Assembly (NCBI RefSeq): GCF_964355755.1
Contig: NC_092670.1
Span: 39,420,388-39,484,387 of the forward strand
Source: Antedon mediterranea
Taxonomy: Eukaryota > Animalia > Echinodermata
Length of the DNA stretch: 64,000 nucleotides
Reading direction: 5' to 3'
Shown: positions 37,417 to 53,400 of the stretch, in pieces
How positions within the stretch are numbered: position 1 is the first letter of the stretch
Layout of the letters: the number at the start of each line of letters is the position of its first letter
The notes under the pieces: generated by a model
What the model was told of the DNA's origin: nothing
Database searches by the model: none
What the model saw: only the letters and a program-made list of their open reading frames with translations
Made by a program: the position numbers and the translations under genes

Positions 37417-40400
37417 AAACTACTGCATCTACAGTTTTTTGAAAAACATTCAGACAATTTCCTTAGTAGATTTTCATTATCATTAAAACTAGTTTTTTTA
37501 GTTAAATTGTCACATACAGTAATGTATAGTCATAAATAACATACAATTTACTCAAAAGTCATATGATATTGATAATGACTAGTAGTACAGTGGAATGTTG
37601 GTCAACTCATTAAATATGGTAAACAAAAAACTGTCATCATACAGTGGCCATTCAGTATTCACCAATTCACAATAAGGGACACAGAAGGGAAAAGCATTTT
37701 ATTATATTATTAAGTGAATTTAAGGATAATCATTAAATTAAATACTATTATTGACGTTTTGCGTCCCATTTCGAAGGTTACTTTTTTTTATAGAATTGTA
37801 TTGTAGTGCTTTTGTCAAATGAGTAAATTTAAATACTGTATACACTGATGTGATAAGGAAATTGAAAATAGATACTAAGCCAGTAGACTTAGTATTTGAA
37901 TGTCTATTGTGTATATGAATTGATCCAACAAATACAAGTTGTGGTGTGATCTGATACATGAGGTACTGTACAGTATGGTGTGAGGTGATGCAACAAATAC
38001 AAGTTGTGGTGTGATCTGATACATGAGGTAGTATACTGTACTGTACAGTATGGTGTGAGGTCATGCATCAAAATAATCATATATTTTCAAAAGAACTATG
38101 TATACAGTTTAAAATATAAATTTTCATTTAATTTCATTCTGCTGTGATTACTATTCTTGCATTTGATTTCAATATGAAACTGTATACAATACAAAAATGA
38201 AAGCCATTTTTATCTGAATACAAAATTTACTATTAATTCCTAGTACTGTATTTCCTTTTCCCTCCAATAATATCCAACAATTCAAAAACAACAATTCAAA
38301 AATAATGATTTTTTTTTTAATGGTTTGTATAATAGTACAGTACAGTAGTATTGTCAATTATACGAATGTTTTGCAAACTATGGGCTGCAATCCAATTTGG
38401 GCCACAATCCATTTTTAAGCGCCGTGGAGTTTTTTAAGTCGTAAACACTTTCATATTTAACAATATGAATTGATCTTGCCGAAAATGATTGTAAACATAC
38501 CAAATTGAATGCGGACTCTTTTATTATATTAACTTATTATGGCTGAGTAGTTGGACTACAGCGTGGTACCGGATTTTAGGCTGCGAAATAAATAGTTTGC
38601 GGAATGCTGTGCCCACTATAATAAATGACTTAATTTTAACATTATTACATTTCAAGAATCTGTCTTTGATAATAATAATATTCAATTTCAACAACTCGAT
38701 TTAGGAATTCCTTTCTACCTTCAGCAGTCAGTGTATTTAATAATGTCCGGGTGGTAAACATCCGGGGATAACTGTCTAGGGGGTACAGTAGGTGTCCTAG
38801 AACCAACTGGAGAATATACTAGTCAAATACCATAGACCATGTGGCCGCCAAGAAGGGCTTGCGCTGGGGGTACGGCGGTCAGCAATCGTGCGTATAACTA
38901 TAAATAAATACTACTAGGCTAGGCCTAGACCTATTCCAATCGTAAACGTTTACAAATGAAATTTTATCGGAGCGCCTAAAAAAATAATGAACAAATCTTT
39001 TCATCATATTTAATAGTATAACATCATGCTAAAATGCCTTGCAAAAGCAGGTTGCCGTTACGTTAGTACACTGTAGCTAGCCTAGGCTAGGCCTAGCTAG
39101 CCAACGAGGTGACAATATGTAGGTAGGCTACAATCTGTGTGGTGTGAGGCATAATATTCGGTGTATACTTATTTTAGAGGTCAAATTTGCGTGTCAAAAG
39201 TGCGACTTATACACCGAAATATACGGTAGATAAGATAATTAGAATTTTCATTGGTTGGAAAAATTTTAAAATTTTGCAAGTGTTGTAAATTTTTTTCTGC
39301 TAATTGAGTGTATTCTTTTTCGCAACAAGAATACAAATTTCATACTGTACTATGTTGGTTTGTATGCAAATAAAAGATCTGTAACTGTATCTTTATTTAA
39401 CATAGCGCTGAACAATCAACAGAAAAAAGAAAAAGGTGAAAATTAAAAATGCATGTTTATTTAGTTTGAACTCGACTCCATGAGGATGTTTATGAAAATA
39501 TGTAAAAGATGTAAAACATTTTAGGCATATAAACAGTAATGTTTGTTTGTTAGTATAAGCAATTTTATGCTAATCATGCCAGCAGTTTTACAGTGTACAT
39601 AGCAAGCATACTGATTATAAAGCATCTCATTAAAAATATGCAAATATTTATTTACTGTACTGTACATATTCTGTTCTTTCATAATTGCTGAGTAAGTGTT
39701 TATTTTATAATAAGCTCTAATAAACTCTGTCTACACTATCTATCAAACTTGATGGCAGGGAGATGTATACATCTCCCTGCTTTATGCGACAACAAATGTA
39801 ATGTGCCAATATATGGCCATGGAGATATCATATCACTACCAAATTTGGGTACATCACACTTTTTAGTCAAACTAGTTTGCTAGTGTAGACAGAGCTTTTT
39901 TTTATTAAAAATAAAATGATCAAATTGATGCATTGCCCACTTTGATTAGTTGTGCAATAAGGTAAAGTACGGAATGTAACATATTGTCTGCATTGATGGA
40001 CTTTACTATTTACCCATGCTGTATAATGGTCACTCTGGATATCTTGTGTAAGCATCGTATTTAATTAAAAACATGTCATGTCAGAGTTATTAATCATTTT
40101 GTACGGCCTAATTTAGATTAATGAAATGGTAAGTGATGTATTCTGTCTGATTAAAATATACATGAGCCTTAAGATGCTGATTTAATTTTTTGTTGGGCCT
40201 AGCCACTTTGCGATTTTGTAGTTACATTAACTGTAAGTGCGAGGCAGACAAGATGAACCGGTGTTGCCTCATCTGAGCATTTAAATTGTTTATATTTACG
40301 AGACCTTTTCATAAAACAAATCTGTGTAGCTACCATCTCTATGACCCTGGCTGACTGACTGACTGTAGTACTAATACTACTACTAACTAGTAGCAACCTT

Positions 40401-41452
40401 TATAAACCTGGACAATATTTATTTTAAGCTATACTGTACTGTAGCTACAGTATTACTATACACTAACTATTCAAATACAAATAAGGTATACAGTAGCAAT
40501 TCTCATATTATTAATGTTTTGAAAACCGATACAGCTGTGTATAACAATCATTGCAATAGGGTTGGTTGTCTATTGTGTATTTATCTGTCACTGTGCTTGC
40601 AGATTCATATTGGTAGGCACAATATTAACAAATCTAAAGCTGCAATGCTCTCTCTACAAACTTTATGTAAACTGTATCAAACTTTATATGACAACAAAAT
40701 GTGATGTGCCCATATATGGACATGATGATGTCATATCATTACCATATTTGGGCATATCGCTACCGTATTTGCCAAACTATTTTGATATTGTAGACAGAGC
40801 CTTACTGTAAGCCTCTTATGTGATCGTACAATAAGATTCCTATTGTTTCGTTCATTTGAGTGAACATCTTCCATCTTGATTGGTGTGGACAGTAACAAAT
40901 TCAAATGCTATAAAATAAGAATAAACGAATGACCATGTTTTTATTGACCATTTCACTTACTTGGTCATGCTTACATTATACTGTTAGTAATAAAAATGCT
41001 AGTAAAATTGATTAAAATTTTCTAAGAAAGACCTGAAGGTATGTTTTTTTCAGACTAAATTACGTAAGCATTGGAAAAAAGGATGTGACAAAAATAATAA
41101 TAAGTGGTAAATGACCAATAGAATAATTATTTAGATAATGACAAGATGCATTGATACTATTTTTGTACATCATCATGTAAAAACATTAAATGCTGCGTGG
41201 TGCTAATCAATCTATTTTCTTGTTTTAGCAGATGTAGAATTGTTTGAAATTCAACTATGGCCTAAATTTACTCAATCAATCAACGGCTCTCATTTTAATC
41301 TACGACGTCAGCGACTAGTTCTTTGAAAACTACTAGTTGTAACGCTAACTGTATTAGCTGGAGTCAAGAATATTCAATCAAACATTTTAAAGAGATTATA
41401 TCGTAGCAAAACAACTAAAACATTTATTAATTTGTTCTTGAACCGAATAAAT

Positions 41453-44400
41453 ATGGGTAAAGGGGAGCCAGATACGAAGTCGATCCAGTCGACCGCCTCG
41501 CAGACTACGACAAGTTCTGTGCATAGTAAAAAGCAAGGAGGGTTTTTAACGAGGATGATGTCACGTCGATCCAAGTCGCGCGGCAGCTTCGACATTGAGA
41601 CCGGTAACGGTACCCCGGCTCATATACGCAAAGGGGGTTCCAGCAAAGGCGCAGGAGAGTACATCAGTTCGTCATCTAAACGAGGAAATGCGATGGAGTG
41701 CCCGCTGTGCCTTATGGAAAGACCGAAAGATCAGTTCCCGGAGATAATTACATGCGAACACCGGTCTTGTCAGGAGTGCCTGCGTCAATATTTAAAGATT
41801 GAAATCACAGAAAGTCGCGTGAACATTGCGTGTCCGGAATGCGCAGAAGTTTTCCATCCTAACGACATCAAGAGAATTCTTAACGATAATATGCTAATGA
41901 GTAAATATGAAGAGTTTGCGCTTCGCCGCGTACTTATGATGGATCCAGACTGTCGGTGGTGTCCTGCTCCAGACTGTGGGTAAGTAAACATTAGATAATT
42001 GTAGTCAATTAATTTTCGTGCCAAGCGTACCTGGATAAACCAACAATAGCCCATGTTCTCCAAAAGGAGGGCTTAGATTAGAAAATAAAGAAAGCAGAAC
42101 ATTAATATACATTAAAATATCACACCCCATCAGATAATGGTATAATACTATTACAGTTAGTATTACTGTATTTCCACATTCCATAATACAGAGTTTAAAC
42201 TCTTCAAATACCAGAAGATCCACAGAATAATTTAAAATGGAATAAAACAAGATTCAAACAAATGCTTTGTTAAATAGTTTTCCTTATGTTTACGATGCTG
42301 TATTGCAGATATGCTGTGATAGCTGCCGGCTGTGCAAGTTGTCCAGAGGTAGCCTGTGAGAGGAGTGGCTGTAACACTAGCTTCTGTTACCACTGTAAAC
42401 AAACCTGGCACCCAAACCAGACTTGTGATGCTGCAAGACAACAGAGATCTGGACGGGCTAGGAAGTCATCACTTTCGTGCAGCCAAGGTTCCATATCTCG
42501 TAAGTTAAACTTTAATTAATAAAAGTTGTCCACAGCACCATGTCGCGTTTAAAGCACCATGGCGCGTTCATATCACTGTATTTTTTTGATGCTTTGCATT
42601 TAAAATATGCTTTTTAAAGGTGGGTTAAAGGTGTTTGGTAATTGTTTTGCAATTTGTAGTGCAGACAGACTTAAAATGGGTACAGTACAGTGCAGTCAAC
42701 TCTCCTTTGAACCTGAAGTGTGGTTACTGTATCTTAAACGTCAGAATGAATTGAATCCTGTTTAGCCTACATCCTTGTCACCTTTCTACTACTATCCTTT
42801 ACTGTAGTACATTCTCCTTTAAGCTCTGTACAATATAGTATCAAACTTGTTTGACCAAAAAATACCCAATACAGTATGGACATGATGACATCATATCACT
42901 ACCATATTTGGGCATATATCACATTCACACTTTTTTTGGTCAAACAAGTTTGATCTGTAGACTTCACTTTAATTTTAATGTGTAGACTTTTTCTCAAATT
43001 GTTCATTTAAATTTTGTAGACATACCTGTACAGTATATAGACATTATTCAACAAGGAAGTACTGAATGTTATTACACTGCCTCATACTGTAGGCTTCTAT
43101 AAAAAAGCATGATCAATTTAGATTTATAATAAGATAAGATAGTTATTATTGCTATGAACACAAATATACAGTAGGCAAACACAAAATTGTGTTACATTCT
43201 GCTGCTTAAAAACACAAGTAACCTACTGTGATAACAGTTATTTACACAGATAAACAAATTGTCTAATTGTTGTAGAAATGCACATGATGGTTTGCTGTAG
43301 TATTAATCTTTTTTCCAAAGAGTTAATGCTGTAGATACAGTGTGATGTTCCCAAATATGGACACAGCACATAAAGTTGAATAGTGTAGACAGGACTTTAC
43401 AATCGTACAATAGGCTTTACTTTATAAACACAACTAATGTATTTTATTTTGATTACGTTTTTATCTACGCTTGCTATTTTTATGACCAACATAACTGGTA
43501 TTTTGATTACCTTTTTATTCGAGGTGAAAATAATATTATATTTCATGAATGACTAGCATATTGTTGTTTTTATTACTTTTTACCAACTAGTGGATACTTT
43601 TAATAGTTGAAAAATACACCATTGAATTCTTTGAATGCTGTGTCATAATACATGAGCTGCTAGATGCTATTTGTCAATGAGAATGTATATCATCTTGTAT
43701 GCAATGTTCTTAATGTATTTTGACGCCATAATCTATTTAACTTCACATTCAAAATAATCTAGCCAGTCATCTGACTATAACAGTAAAAGTAAATCAAAAA
43801 GATCTTATATTTATCTGCAAACATACAGTAGTACTCTATATTCTTTAAAATGGACCTGAAATGGATTTTCGATTTTTTTCATTTTAGAATGATGTTTTGG
43901 GGGCTATTAGGTGTTGCTAGAATGTATATTGTTACAAAATATAAATTGGCCCTTTTGGGGAAAGCCCCATTTGAAAATCAAAAAAATTCGCGGGTGACGT
44001 CACTTTGCGAATATATTCCTATCCCTCCAATGGAAAATTTGCAGTTTTTTGGCTATAACTCTTGAAATCTATGGAGTATTTTCTAAAAAATGCTTGTGCA
44101 TTTGCAGAAACGTATTTAGAATTTTTTTAGATAAAATTATTACCGTATAATTATTAACGTTGTCCAGGATACAGCTCCGTGCGCAATGATGCGTATCCAT
44201 ATTTTCCGTTCGTGTATTTTGTATATCGTTCGTAATTTATACTGTTAAAATGTGTTAGTTTCTTTAGTTTTTAGTTTAGCAGAATTAAATTAGTAATATG
44301 AGATGATAATTTTTTTGTCACGAATCAGGCAGTTCGAAAACGAATTTTATTCATTCGTGAATATAGAGGCTTCCGACGGCCGTTGAAATAGAATATTGCA

Positions 44401-47400
44401 ATGGCGTGAGTAATTTTCGCTAATTTACCATGGTATCTTAAAATTTCGTTTTTACTCAAAATACTATACATTTTTTTTTTATTTGTATGGGTTTGTGTTA
44501 ATTTGATACATTTAAATAAGATGTGTGAATTTCTTGGAAATCGAAATTCCATTTCAGGTCCATTTTAAAAATGACTTGCTTGCAAACAATATCCAGGTAA
44601 AATACTGTGCCGTATATGTTGAATATAATTGTAAAATCTATTGAAAAAACTTCAGAATGAAGTCAGTGTTGCTGCATACACATTTCACACTAAAACAAGA
44701 TTACAATTTTAAAAGCCATATTCTTCGTGGCACCACGCTTTTTGAAATCTTATTGTTTTAAGCTCTGTCTACACTATCAAACTAGTTTGACAAAAATAGT
44801 GTGATATTCCAAACATTGTAGTGATATGACATCATCATGTCCATATATGGGCACATCACATTTTTTGTCTCATAAATTTGATAGTGTAGACAAAGCTTTA
44901 CTGTTAGTCTTGTTGTTTTACAATAGAACCACTCTTCTTAAGGGGTCATGTTTCCCTCTTAAGGGGTCATGTTTCCCCCTTAAGAAGAGTGGTTTCCACT
45001 GAATAAGTCTCAGCCGTAGTGTTATAAACATATTTTCCCTCATTCGTTTCGGGGTGTCCCCCCTAATTATTGGTGTCCCAATGTAGGAGAGTTCTACTGT
45101 CTCTGTATCCTGACATTTTAAGCTAGTCAAATTTGTAGAGAGTGGAATGATAGAACATTTGTACAGTAAAATATAGATAGTTTATAAACTATCTATACTT
45201 TATCATACAAAATGTTCTATCATTCTACTCTCTACAAATTTGACTAGCTTAAAATACAATATGGTAATTGTACAGTAGACATCATTTGCATTGAGTCATT
45301 TGTGAGAGATACAGGCTTTGTTGTACAAATCAGGCGACGACGACGATGTTTAATATTTGATTAGTGATAACATTGCAAGGTTTATGTAATAAAGGTGTGT
45401 TAATTATGCCATTGCATCATGCATCGCGGCATGCTTATCTATTCCTCCCTATTTTGTAAAATGGTATGATCCTTATACCTCCATGGTATGATATAATATT
45501 TGTATAAAGCTCTGTCTACACTATCAAACTAGTTTGACAAAAAAAGGTGTGATGTGCTAATAAAATATAGTAGTGATATGCCCAAATTATGATAGGGATA
45601 TTACATCATCATGTCTATATATGAGCACATCACATTTTTTTTGTCTCATAATAGTGTAGACAGAGCTTGAGGTTCAAAATGGAATAGTTTTCATTTGATA
45701 TTCCTTGTTTAATGTTATACTGAATTTATAATTTGTCCAGTAATCATAGCCAAATGTAATAATGTGTCGCATACATGTATGTACTGTATTGTAATTGTCA
45801 CACGTGATGCCTATATCGTAGGCCATGCCTAAACTAAGTTTAACTATAAACATACAGTAATACTAATAATATATTAATATTGCTGCCAGTAAAACTGTAT
45901 TAATAAATAATTTGTCTTTAATACTAGACAAATTAAGCCAGAATTGGCTAGTTATGCACTGGAATTTTTTTTTTTCAATAATGGAATTTTTCTGGGCAGC
46001 TGTCTATACAGTCCCAACACTTGAATGTGTAGCCTACAGTACTTGACCATGCATATGATGTTCGCCTATATAACATGGGGCAATAACCTTACAGTACATT
46101 TACACAATGGAAGAGAGTAGCCACTATCTGTCTTAGTCATTTTTGTTTCTGTATATAAGTTCATATTGAGGATAACAAACTATAGATTGTTGTGATCAGG
46201 TGCAGTGTTAGTCATATCATATAATGATGAGCTGTCTGTTTCAAATAATTATGTTGACCATATGAGTGGAAACCATCTTATCTTAATTGAAATCTTACTA
46301 GTAACAACTAAGTTAAAATCAAAAGTTTCAGGAAATGTTACAACGTGTAAAACTCAGTCTACACTAGCATATGTGACAAAAAATGTAATATGCCCATATA
46401 TGGACACGATGATGTCATATCACTACCGTATTTGGCCATATCACCACCATATTTGGGCACACGACACCTTTTTATCAAACTTGTTGATAGTGCAGACAGA
46501 TTTTCTGGTTCTATTCTACACAAAAATATGTTCTATAGAAATAGCACATTAAAAAATCTTAAAAGCATATCACTGTGGTATTTCACAGTTACTCTTAGAA
46601 ATGTGAAATTATTTAAAATTTGTACTATTCTTTGCCAATTTAGATCAAGTAAAACCCTGCCCACGATGCACTGCTTTGATAATCAAAATGGACGACGGTT
46701 CCTGCAATCATATGACTTGCGCTGTGTGTGGTGCCGAATTCTGTTGGTTATGCATGAAGGAGATATCAGACCTACATTACTTAAGGTATGTTGTTTACTT
46801 GGCTGTTCTATTGTGTATTATTATTTTGTATTGTGTATAGGTTGTGTCTAAAGAAAAATAACAAATAAATTGCATGCATCCTTACATAATGGGGTATGAA
46901 AATCAATAAACGCAATTGTGGGAATGTTTTAAACTATATACAGTATACCTGTATATATAAATAAATCCAAAGGCAAATTACTGAAAAAATGACAATGCTG
47001 TGGGTATCAGTGGCTGGATCTCAATGGAGATACAAATAAAATAAGCTAAATCAAAACGATAAATTAAAACTATATTTAATTTATATTGTTAGCATGTGTG
47101 TACAGTGGTTGGTGGGGTGGACATTTCTACTAATTTAGGGGCTTAAATTATATCCAAAACTGTCTCAAAATATCAGGAATTTCCCGCAATAACCAACACT
47201 GCTGATCCACTATCTTTTTTTAAATAAGATTAAGAATAAATCATACTTTTTGAATAGAAGATGCTACAGTATCATATCATTGAAAAGTTTGACATTTTGT
47301 TGTAGAAAACAGAAGCTAATAAAGTAACATTCTGTGTACCGTGCTTAAAATAACAGAATAAATAACATAGACAGACTTAGTACAGAGAGTGGTGAATATT

Positions 47401-50400
47401 TAAGTATGTAGCCACATGACAGCATAAGCACTTGAGTAGCTTATCGGCAAACCACTTTGTACTAAATCCCTCAAATTTTACATCAAATACATTATCAGTA
47501 AATCTTCTAACAATCAAATTGTTTCCCTGTCATTTTTATCCATCGTAGCTAGGCCTAGATCATTTTTGTATGTAACTATACATAGTACTTAGTAGAGTTA
47601 CCGTATTTATTTGAATAAATTCCTCCATAGAACATCATTTTGAATAAATGCCCCGGCCTATATTTATTACTACTGTAGTAGCAAGAAAGCAAATGTTTTC
47701 TAATTTTTATACATGTATATATTAATTATTATAAAATTGAATACAGTAATTAGCACATCAAGATAGATCATTTGCTAGACTAAACAAACATTTTTTTTGG
47801 TCAAAAATTACAACCAGCAAATATTACAGTAGCTATAATTAATATTTATTTTGACATGTTGTCAGGTCATAAATTATACAGTCAACTCTCCCAACACCGG
47901 ACACCTTTGGGCTGGCCCAATATGTCTGATTTTCTGGAAAGTCTGGTATTTGGAATGTGTTTTTAATGGTAAAAACATATTTGGTACCTTTTGGACCTCC
48001 AGAAAAGTCTGGTTTTTCAGCAAGTCCAGGTATTGGGAAAGTTTACTATACACTACTAATAATTATTGTGTAATAGGAATGTTTTGTTTTTTTTTATTTA
48101 GCCCTTCTGGTTGTACTTTCTGGGGTAAGAAGCCATGGAGCAGGAAGAAGAAGATTTTGTGGCAACTTGGCACATTAGTTGGTGCACCAGTTGGCATTGC
48201 ACTGATAGCTGGCATTGCTGTACCTGCTATGGTCATTGGAATACCAGTTTATGTTGGACGCAAGGTAAAGGCTTGTCGAATACACTATCAAACTTTATGT
48301 GACAGAAAAATGTGATGTGCCCATATATGGACATGATGATGTCTTATCAATAGCATATTTGGGCACATCATACTTTTTTGTCAAATTAGTTTGAGAGCTA
48401 AAATTGTGTTTATTACTGACTTATCAAATCAAATGCTACATTTACAATCATTTGTCTAAAGTCCATAAATCATGCGTAGTCTTATAAAATATATAAAAAT
48501 GGAAATATTTTGTTGGTCGAGTCTAGATGAGTTAATTTGTTACTACAGGAGCTCAGTGGGTAAAAACGTAGAGAAAGCAAAGAGACCTACAGTGGTGTAA
48601 TGGCTATGATTGCCCAGAGAAAAAAACAGGCATTAAAATATGTCAAAAGGGGCTAAAAATGCCTGAGGCCTCCAGTGTTTGAGGGCCACTTAGAGTTCCT
48701 AAACCAGGGGCCTCAGACCTCTGCATTACAGCTAGTAGTACTGAAGCCTACTATTAGCCTACCCTGTAGTATGTGCTTAGCAATTTGCAATCATTACAAA
48801 CGTTGTCAACAACATTGAAAATCTGAGGTTAAGATCCGTTTGATCCGTAACATGATGTTAATGTCCGTTGTAACAACTTTTAAATTCCATAATGTGCTTG
48901 CTGTTGTCACTATTCAATGTGAAACACATAAAAGCTTGTATGCGCTAAAAACTGTAAAATGCAGTCATGATTTAAACGAATGTATTACTGTCATGAGCCG
49001 AGGAACCCATTGAAGCTTAAGGGTTAATGTCTTGGGAAAAAAACGATTGTTTATGAACGTTAGACATTGTGATTACAAAAAAAAAAAAAATACTAGGAAA
49101 CTTGAAAAATTAAAACTTAATGTATTTGAATTGGGGAAATTTATCTAGATCAAACAGAACTATAATTAATTTCATTCTTTCATCTTTTTATTTCGGAATA
49201 CCATGATGACATAATAATATATCCATAGCAAAAAAGAAGCTTAATCTAAGAAATCATTGTACAAAAAAATATATATATATCCAAAGGCAAATTACTGAGA
49301 AAATGACAATGCTGTGGGTATCAGTGGCTGGATCTCAATAGAGATACAAAAAAAAAAGCGAAAAGATAAATCAAAACGATAAAGTAAAACAGCCAGAAAA
49401 GTAAGCAGAGCTTTCGGGCAACACTAGCCATTCATCAGTGCAAGTGAAGGAATTTGGATAACGTCATAATAACTGGCAAATACTGCCTGGGTGAACAGGA
49501 ATAAAAGAAATACAACAAAAGGAGACAGGGTGGAGTCTGAATAAGAGTAGAAAACAATATAAACACAACAGGCAGAACATTAATTCTAAACCTCACGGTG
49601 AAATACTCACAGATTTCCTCATCTTATCGTTTCAAATTATATATATATATTATATGCATTTTTTTTTATCTATTAATGTTTCCGGTGAGTGTTAACATCA
49701 ATTATTACTCTGTAACATTAATATATAACAACATTCTGTACATTACAATTTAATGGTGTATCTTAAGTGAACTTGTGTACACATCAATGACATTGATGAC
49801 AGAACAGGCTAATCCATCTAGCACTATTTGAATTCTACCATGTCTCATCTAAAGGTCATTCCATCTGCCTCATCATGACCTCTAAAGGTCATTCCATCTG
49901 CCTCATCGTGACCTGTAAAGGTCATTGAGTACAGTAGTTCAAAGTCTGATTGATATAAATTTTTAAGCATTTGATTGCTTTTCAAAAGGTAGCATTAAGG
50001 CTTATGTACACTATCAAACTTGACAACACAAATGTGATGCACCCATATATGGACATGATGATGTCATATCACTACCATATTTGGACATATCACTACCATA
50101 TTTGGGCACGTCACACTATTTTGTCAAACTAGTTTTATATTGTACAGTCAGTAGACAGAGCTTTAAAAAGTCGTCGATGTCAATGTCTTATTTATTTCAA
50201 TTTCAGAACATTTATTAAACCATGCATAGTTTAGGTTAAGAGGATACTGTACTGTAACTCCCATTATAACCCCAATCATACTACTGTATACCTAGTGTAA
50301 ATACACTGCACAAGCATACATCAAGAATAGATCAGAGTTTTCTTCATTTTCTAGATTCGTTTGTGTGTGTACTTAATTGATTTCATGTCATCACATCTCT

Positions 50401-53400
50401 ATAGAGAACAAGACAATTATTACTATGGGAACATATTATTAATCATTAAGTAACATTGAAATTACTTCAGCATTTGCAGACTTAATCATGCATCATCTCT
50501 TCTTACAGGTGTATTGGAAATATAGCAATGCCTCAAAACATAGGCGAAATCTAGCAATTGTTGGTAGCGTGTCTTTATCTATAGTAGCAGCTCCTGTATT
50601 GGCAGCATTGACTGTTGGTAAGTACCGTAGCCTGGACAATTACAATAATATTACAATATTGTTTAAAGATGTGCATGACATATCTACTAGTAAACTTAAG
50701 CTTTGTATAGACTATCAAACTTAATGTGACAAAAAAAATGTGATGTGTCCATATATGGACAATATGATGTCATATCACTAACATATTTGGGCATATCACT
50801 ACCATATTTGGGCACATTATTATTATGTTACAACCATCTTCTGGAGAAGAACTGTCAGTGAAGTTGTGGCTTGGTGGTTATGATGCTTGTCTACCAATCC
50901 AAGGGTTCTGGGTTCAAGCACTGTTATAATATGTCAGGATTTTTTGTAATGAGAATTTACATCTCCACTTCCAAAGACTTGTAATAAGACTTTGCTTATA
51001 TAGAGCATCTTGTGTATGTTTGTCTTGTGAACAGGATTGCCACCTTTAAGAAGGATAGTGAATGAATTTGCTTATGGTTATCCTTGGCAATTTGCCTAAA
51101 TACTAAAAAAACAAAAGTTCATTTACATTGATTTTACATTATTTTATTGGATTTTTTCTTTTTTTGTAGGTATTGGTGTTCCTATTATGCTAACCTATGT
51201 CTATGGTGTGGTACCATTCTCTCTATGTCGTAGCGGTGGGTGCGGCGTAACAACTAGTCAAGGAGGAGGTGTCCGAATTGAATTTGACGATGATGATAAT
51301 GCCACTGCAGGAGTTACTAATGCTTCTGGTAAGCTTAATCACTTTGTGTTGTGAAATTTGATCATGTTGCCACTTTTGGTAATTTCATGGAACAGTGCAA
51401 TTGAATAATGTAATTGTATGCTGTTAACTTTTAGTGATGTTTTTTTTTTGGTTCTTGTGGATGTTCTTTTGTCTTGTTTTTTATGTATACCTGTCTGTAA
51501 ATGGCGCACTCCGTGCTGTTGATTGCGAATTAAAATAAAATAAATAAAATTATAGAAAAAATGCTTACATAACTAAAACTAAACAGAAGAAATAAAAATG
51601 TTAATACAGTAGTACAGCTAAAATCATCAGACCTCATCAAGATTTATAGCTGTGACATTCCTTTCTATGACTTGTGATCTATTTTTATCTGCTGCGCTTC
51701 CCTGCCAGATATCCAAGGTCAAATTGCATGCCTCACTGCACAAGGGCATGAACGCTCACAGTATGATTAAGACTAGAGTACCTTAGTCATACTATATTGC
51801 ACATTATGTGTCTTATTGGTGAATAATATTAATAGCATTGTGCTGGGATACTACTACTAGGGTGAAATGACAAAAAGGAAGTACCCGGAGTAGTCCTGAA
51901 TATTTGAAATATGGTAGTGATATGGTCAAATATGGTAGTGTTATGACATCATCATGCCCATATATCATGGGCACAACACATTTTTTTGTCACATAAAGTT
52001 TGATACTGTAAGTGTAGACAGAGCTTATACCACTCATGATTGGCAGTCAATGTGTAAAACTCATGATCATCTTTTATGCATTCACTCTGTACTATGATAG
52101 AATCTTGTCTGTTATAGTAATTATTGTTATGTGTAATGCACTAATTTCTTAGGAAAACAGATAAAATATGTATATGTCACCATTATTTTGTTATCTATAT
52201 TTTATAGAATGCCTATAAATAAAATGAAGAATAAATAATGGTTAAGGCTTAGGTCAAAGAAAACTAAACCTATAATAATATATTCCTAAAAGGGTAGTGC
52301 ACAGATTTAACCTTAAAGTTATACTAAATGTTTTATTGAGGAGGAGTAGAACAGATGCCAACATACAGAGAGATGTCATCGGCCTAAACCAGATGATAAC
52401 TAATTAATACATTATGTAACACATCTGTATAAACAATAAAGATATTTTTATTTACAATACAATATATATTTATAGGTGACCCATCCATTTTTTAAAACCT
52501 CCACCCACTAAATCAGCTCTATCCTAAAGCTCTGTTTACTACACTATTAAACTAGTTTGACAAAAAAGTTTGATGTCCCTAAATATGGTATGGTACTAGG
52601 TAGTAGTGATATGCCCAAATATATTAGTTTTATGACATCATCATGTCCATGATATATGGGCATATCATATTTTTTTTGTCACATAAAGTTTGATAGTTTA
52701 GACAGAACTTAAGTATAAATATATATATATAATAATGAAACATTTCTCTTGTATTCTCCTTACCCTACAGATATAAATGCAGAAGTCAACAGTGCTGTTG
52801 GCAACCCAAGTATAGGAGAAGCAAGCGTAGCCCGTGAAAGCCATCTAGAGGTTGTAGGAGTCCTACACGATGACACAGTAAGTGACAGCGCTAGTACCAG
52901 AGCCATTGCTGGTTCAAGTCTTACTGGTAGTCTGTCTGGAAGTGGTGGTATTGGACCAAGCGTTATTGGACAAAATAAGTAAGTCAAAGTTTATTCATAG
53001 AAATTCAAATAAATGTTGGGATTGCCATTTGGAGGTCGTGGGTTCATTCCTAAAGCGTGTCTAGCGTGTCTACACTATCAAACTTTATGTGACAAAAAAT
53101 GTGATGTGCTCATATATGGACATGACGATGTCATATCATTGCCATATTTGGGGATACCACTACCATATTTGGGCACATCACACTTTTTTTTGTCAAACTA
53201 GTCTAATTGATAGTGTAGACAGGACTTGAGTGAAATAAGGAGAGAAAGAGTATTACTCGTATAGGCTGCCTCCTCTCACACAACATTTAATGTTATGTGT
53301 GAGTCATGTTTGTGTTCGAACAATGTGATAAGGTAATGTGTTTATCATACGTATATCGAGGAAAGAAGCTCTACTGAAGGTATTAAACCGAGATTTAATT

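Noticed and set aside
45331-45350. Possible RNF19 micro-exon encoding DDDD
   Set aside because: No donor in the required phase, and the flanking exons already join in frame.
50860-50935. Possible tRNA gene
   Set aside because: A and B boxes are present but there is no complete cloverleaf. A SINE head explains it better.
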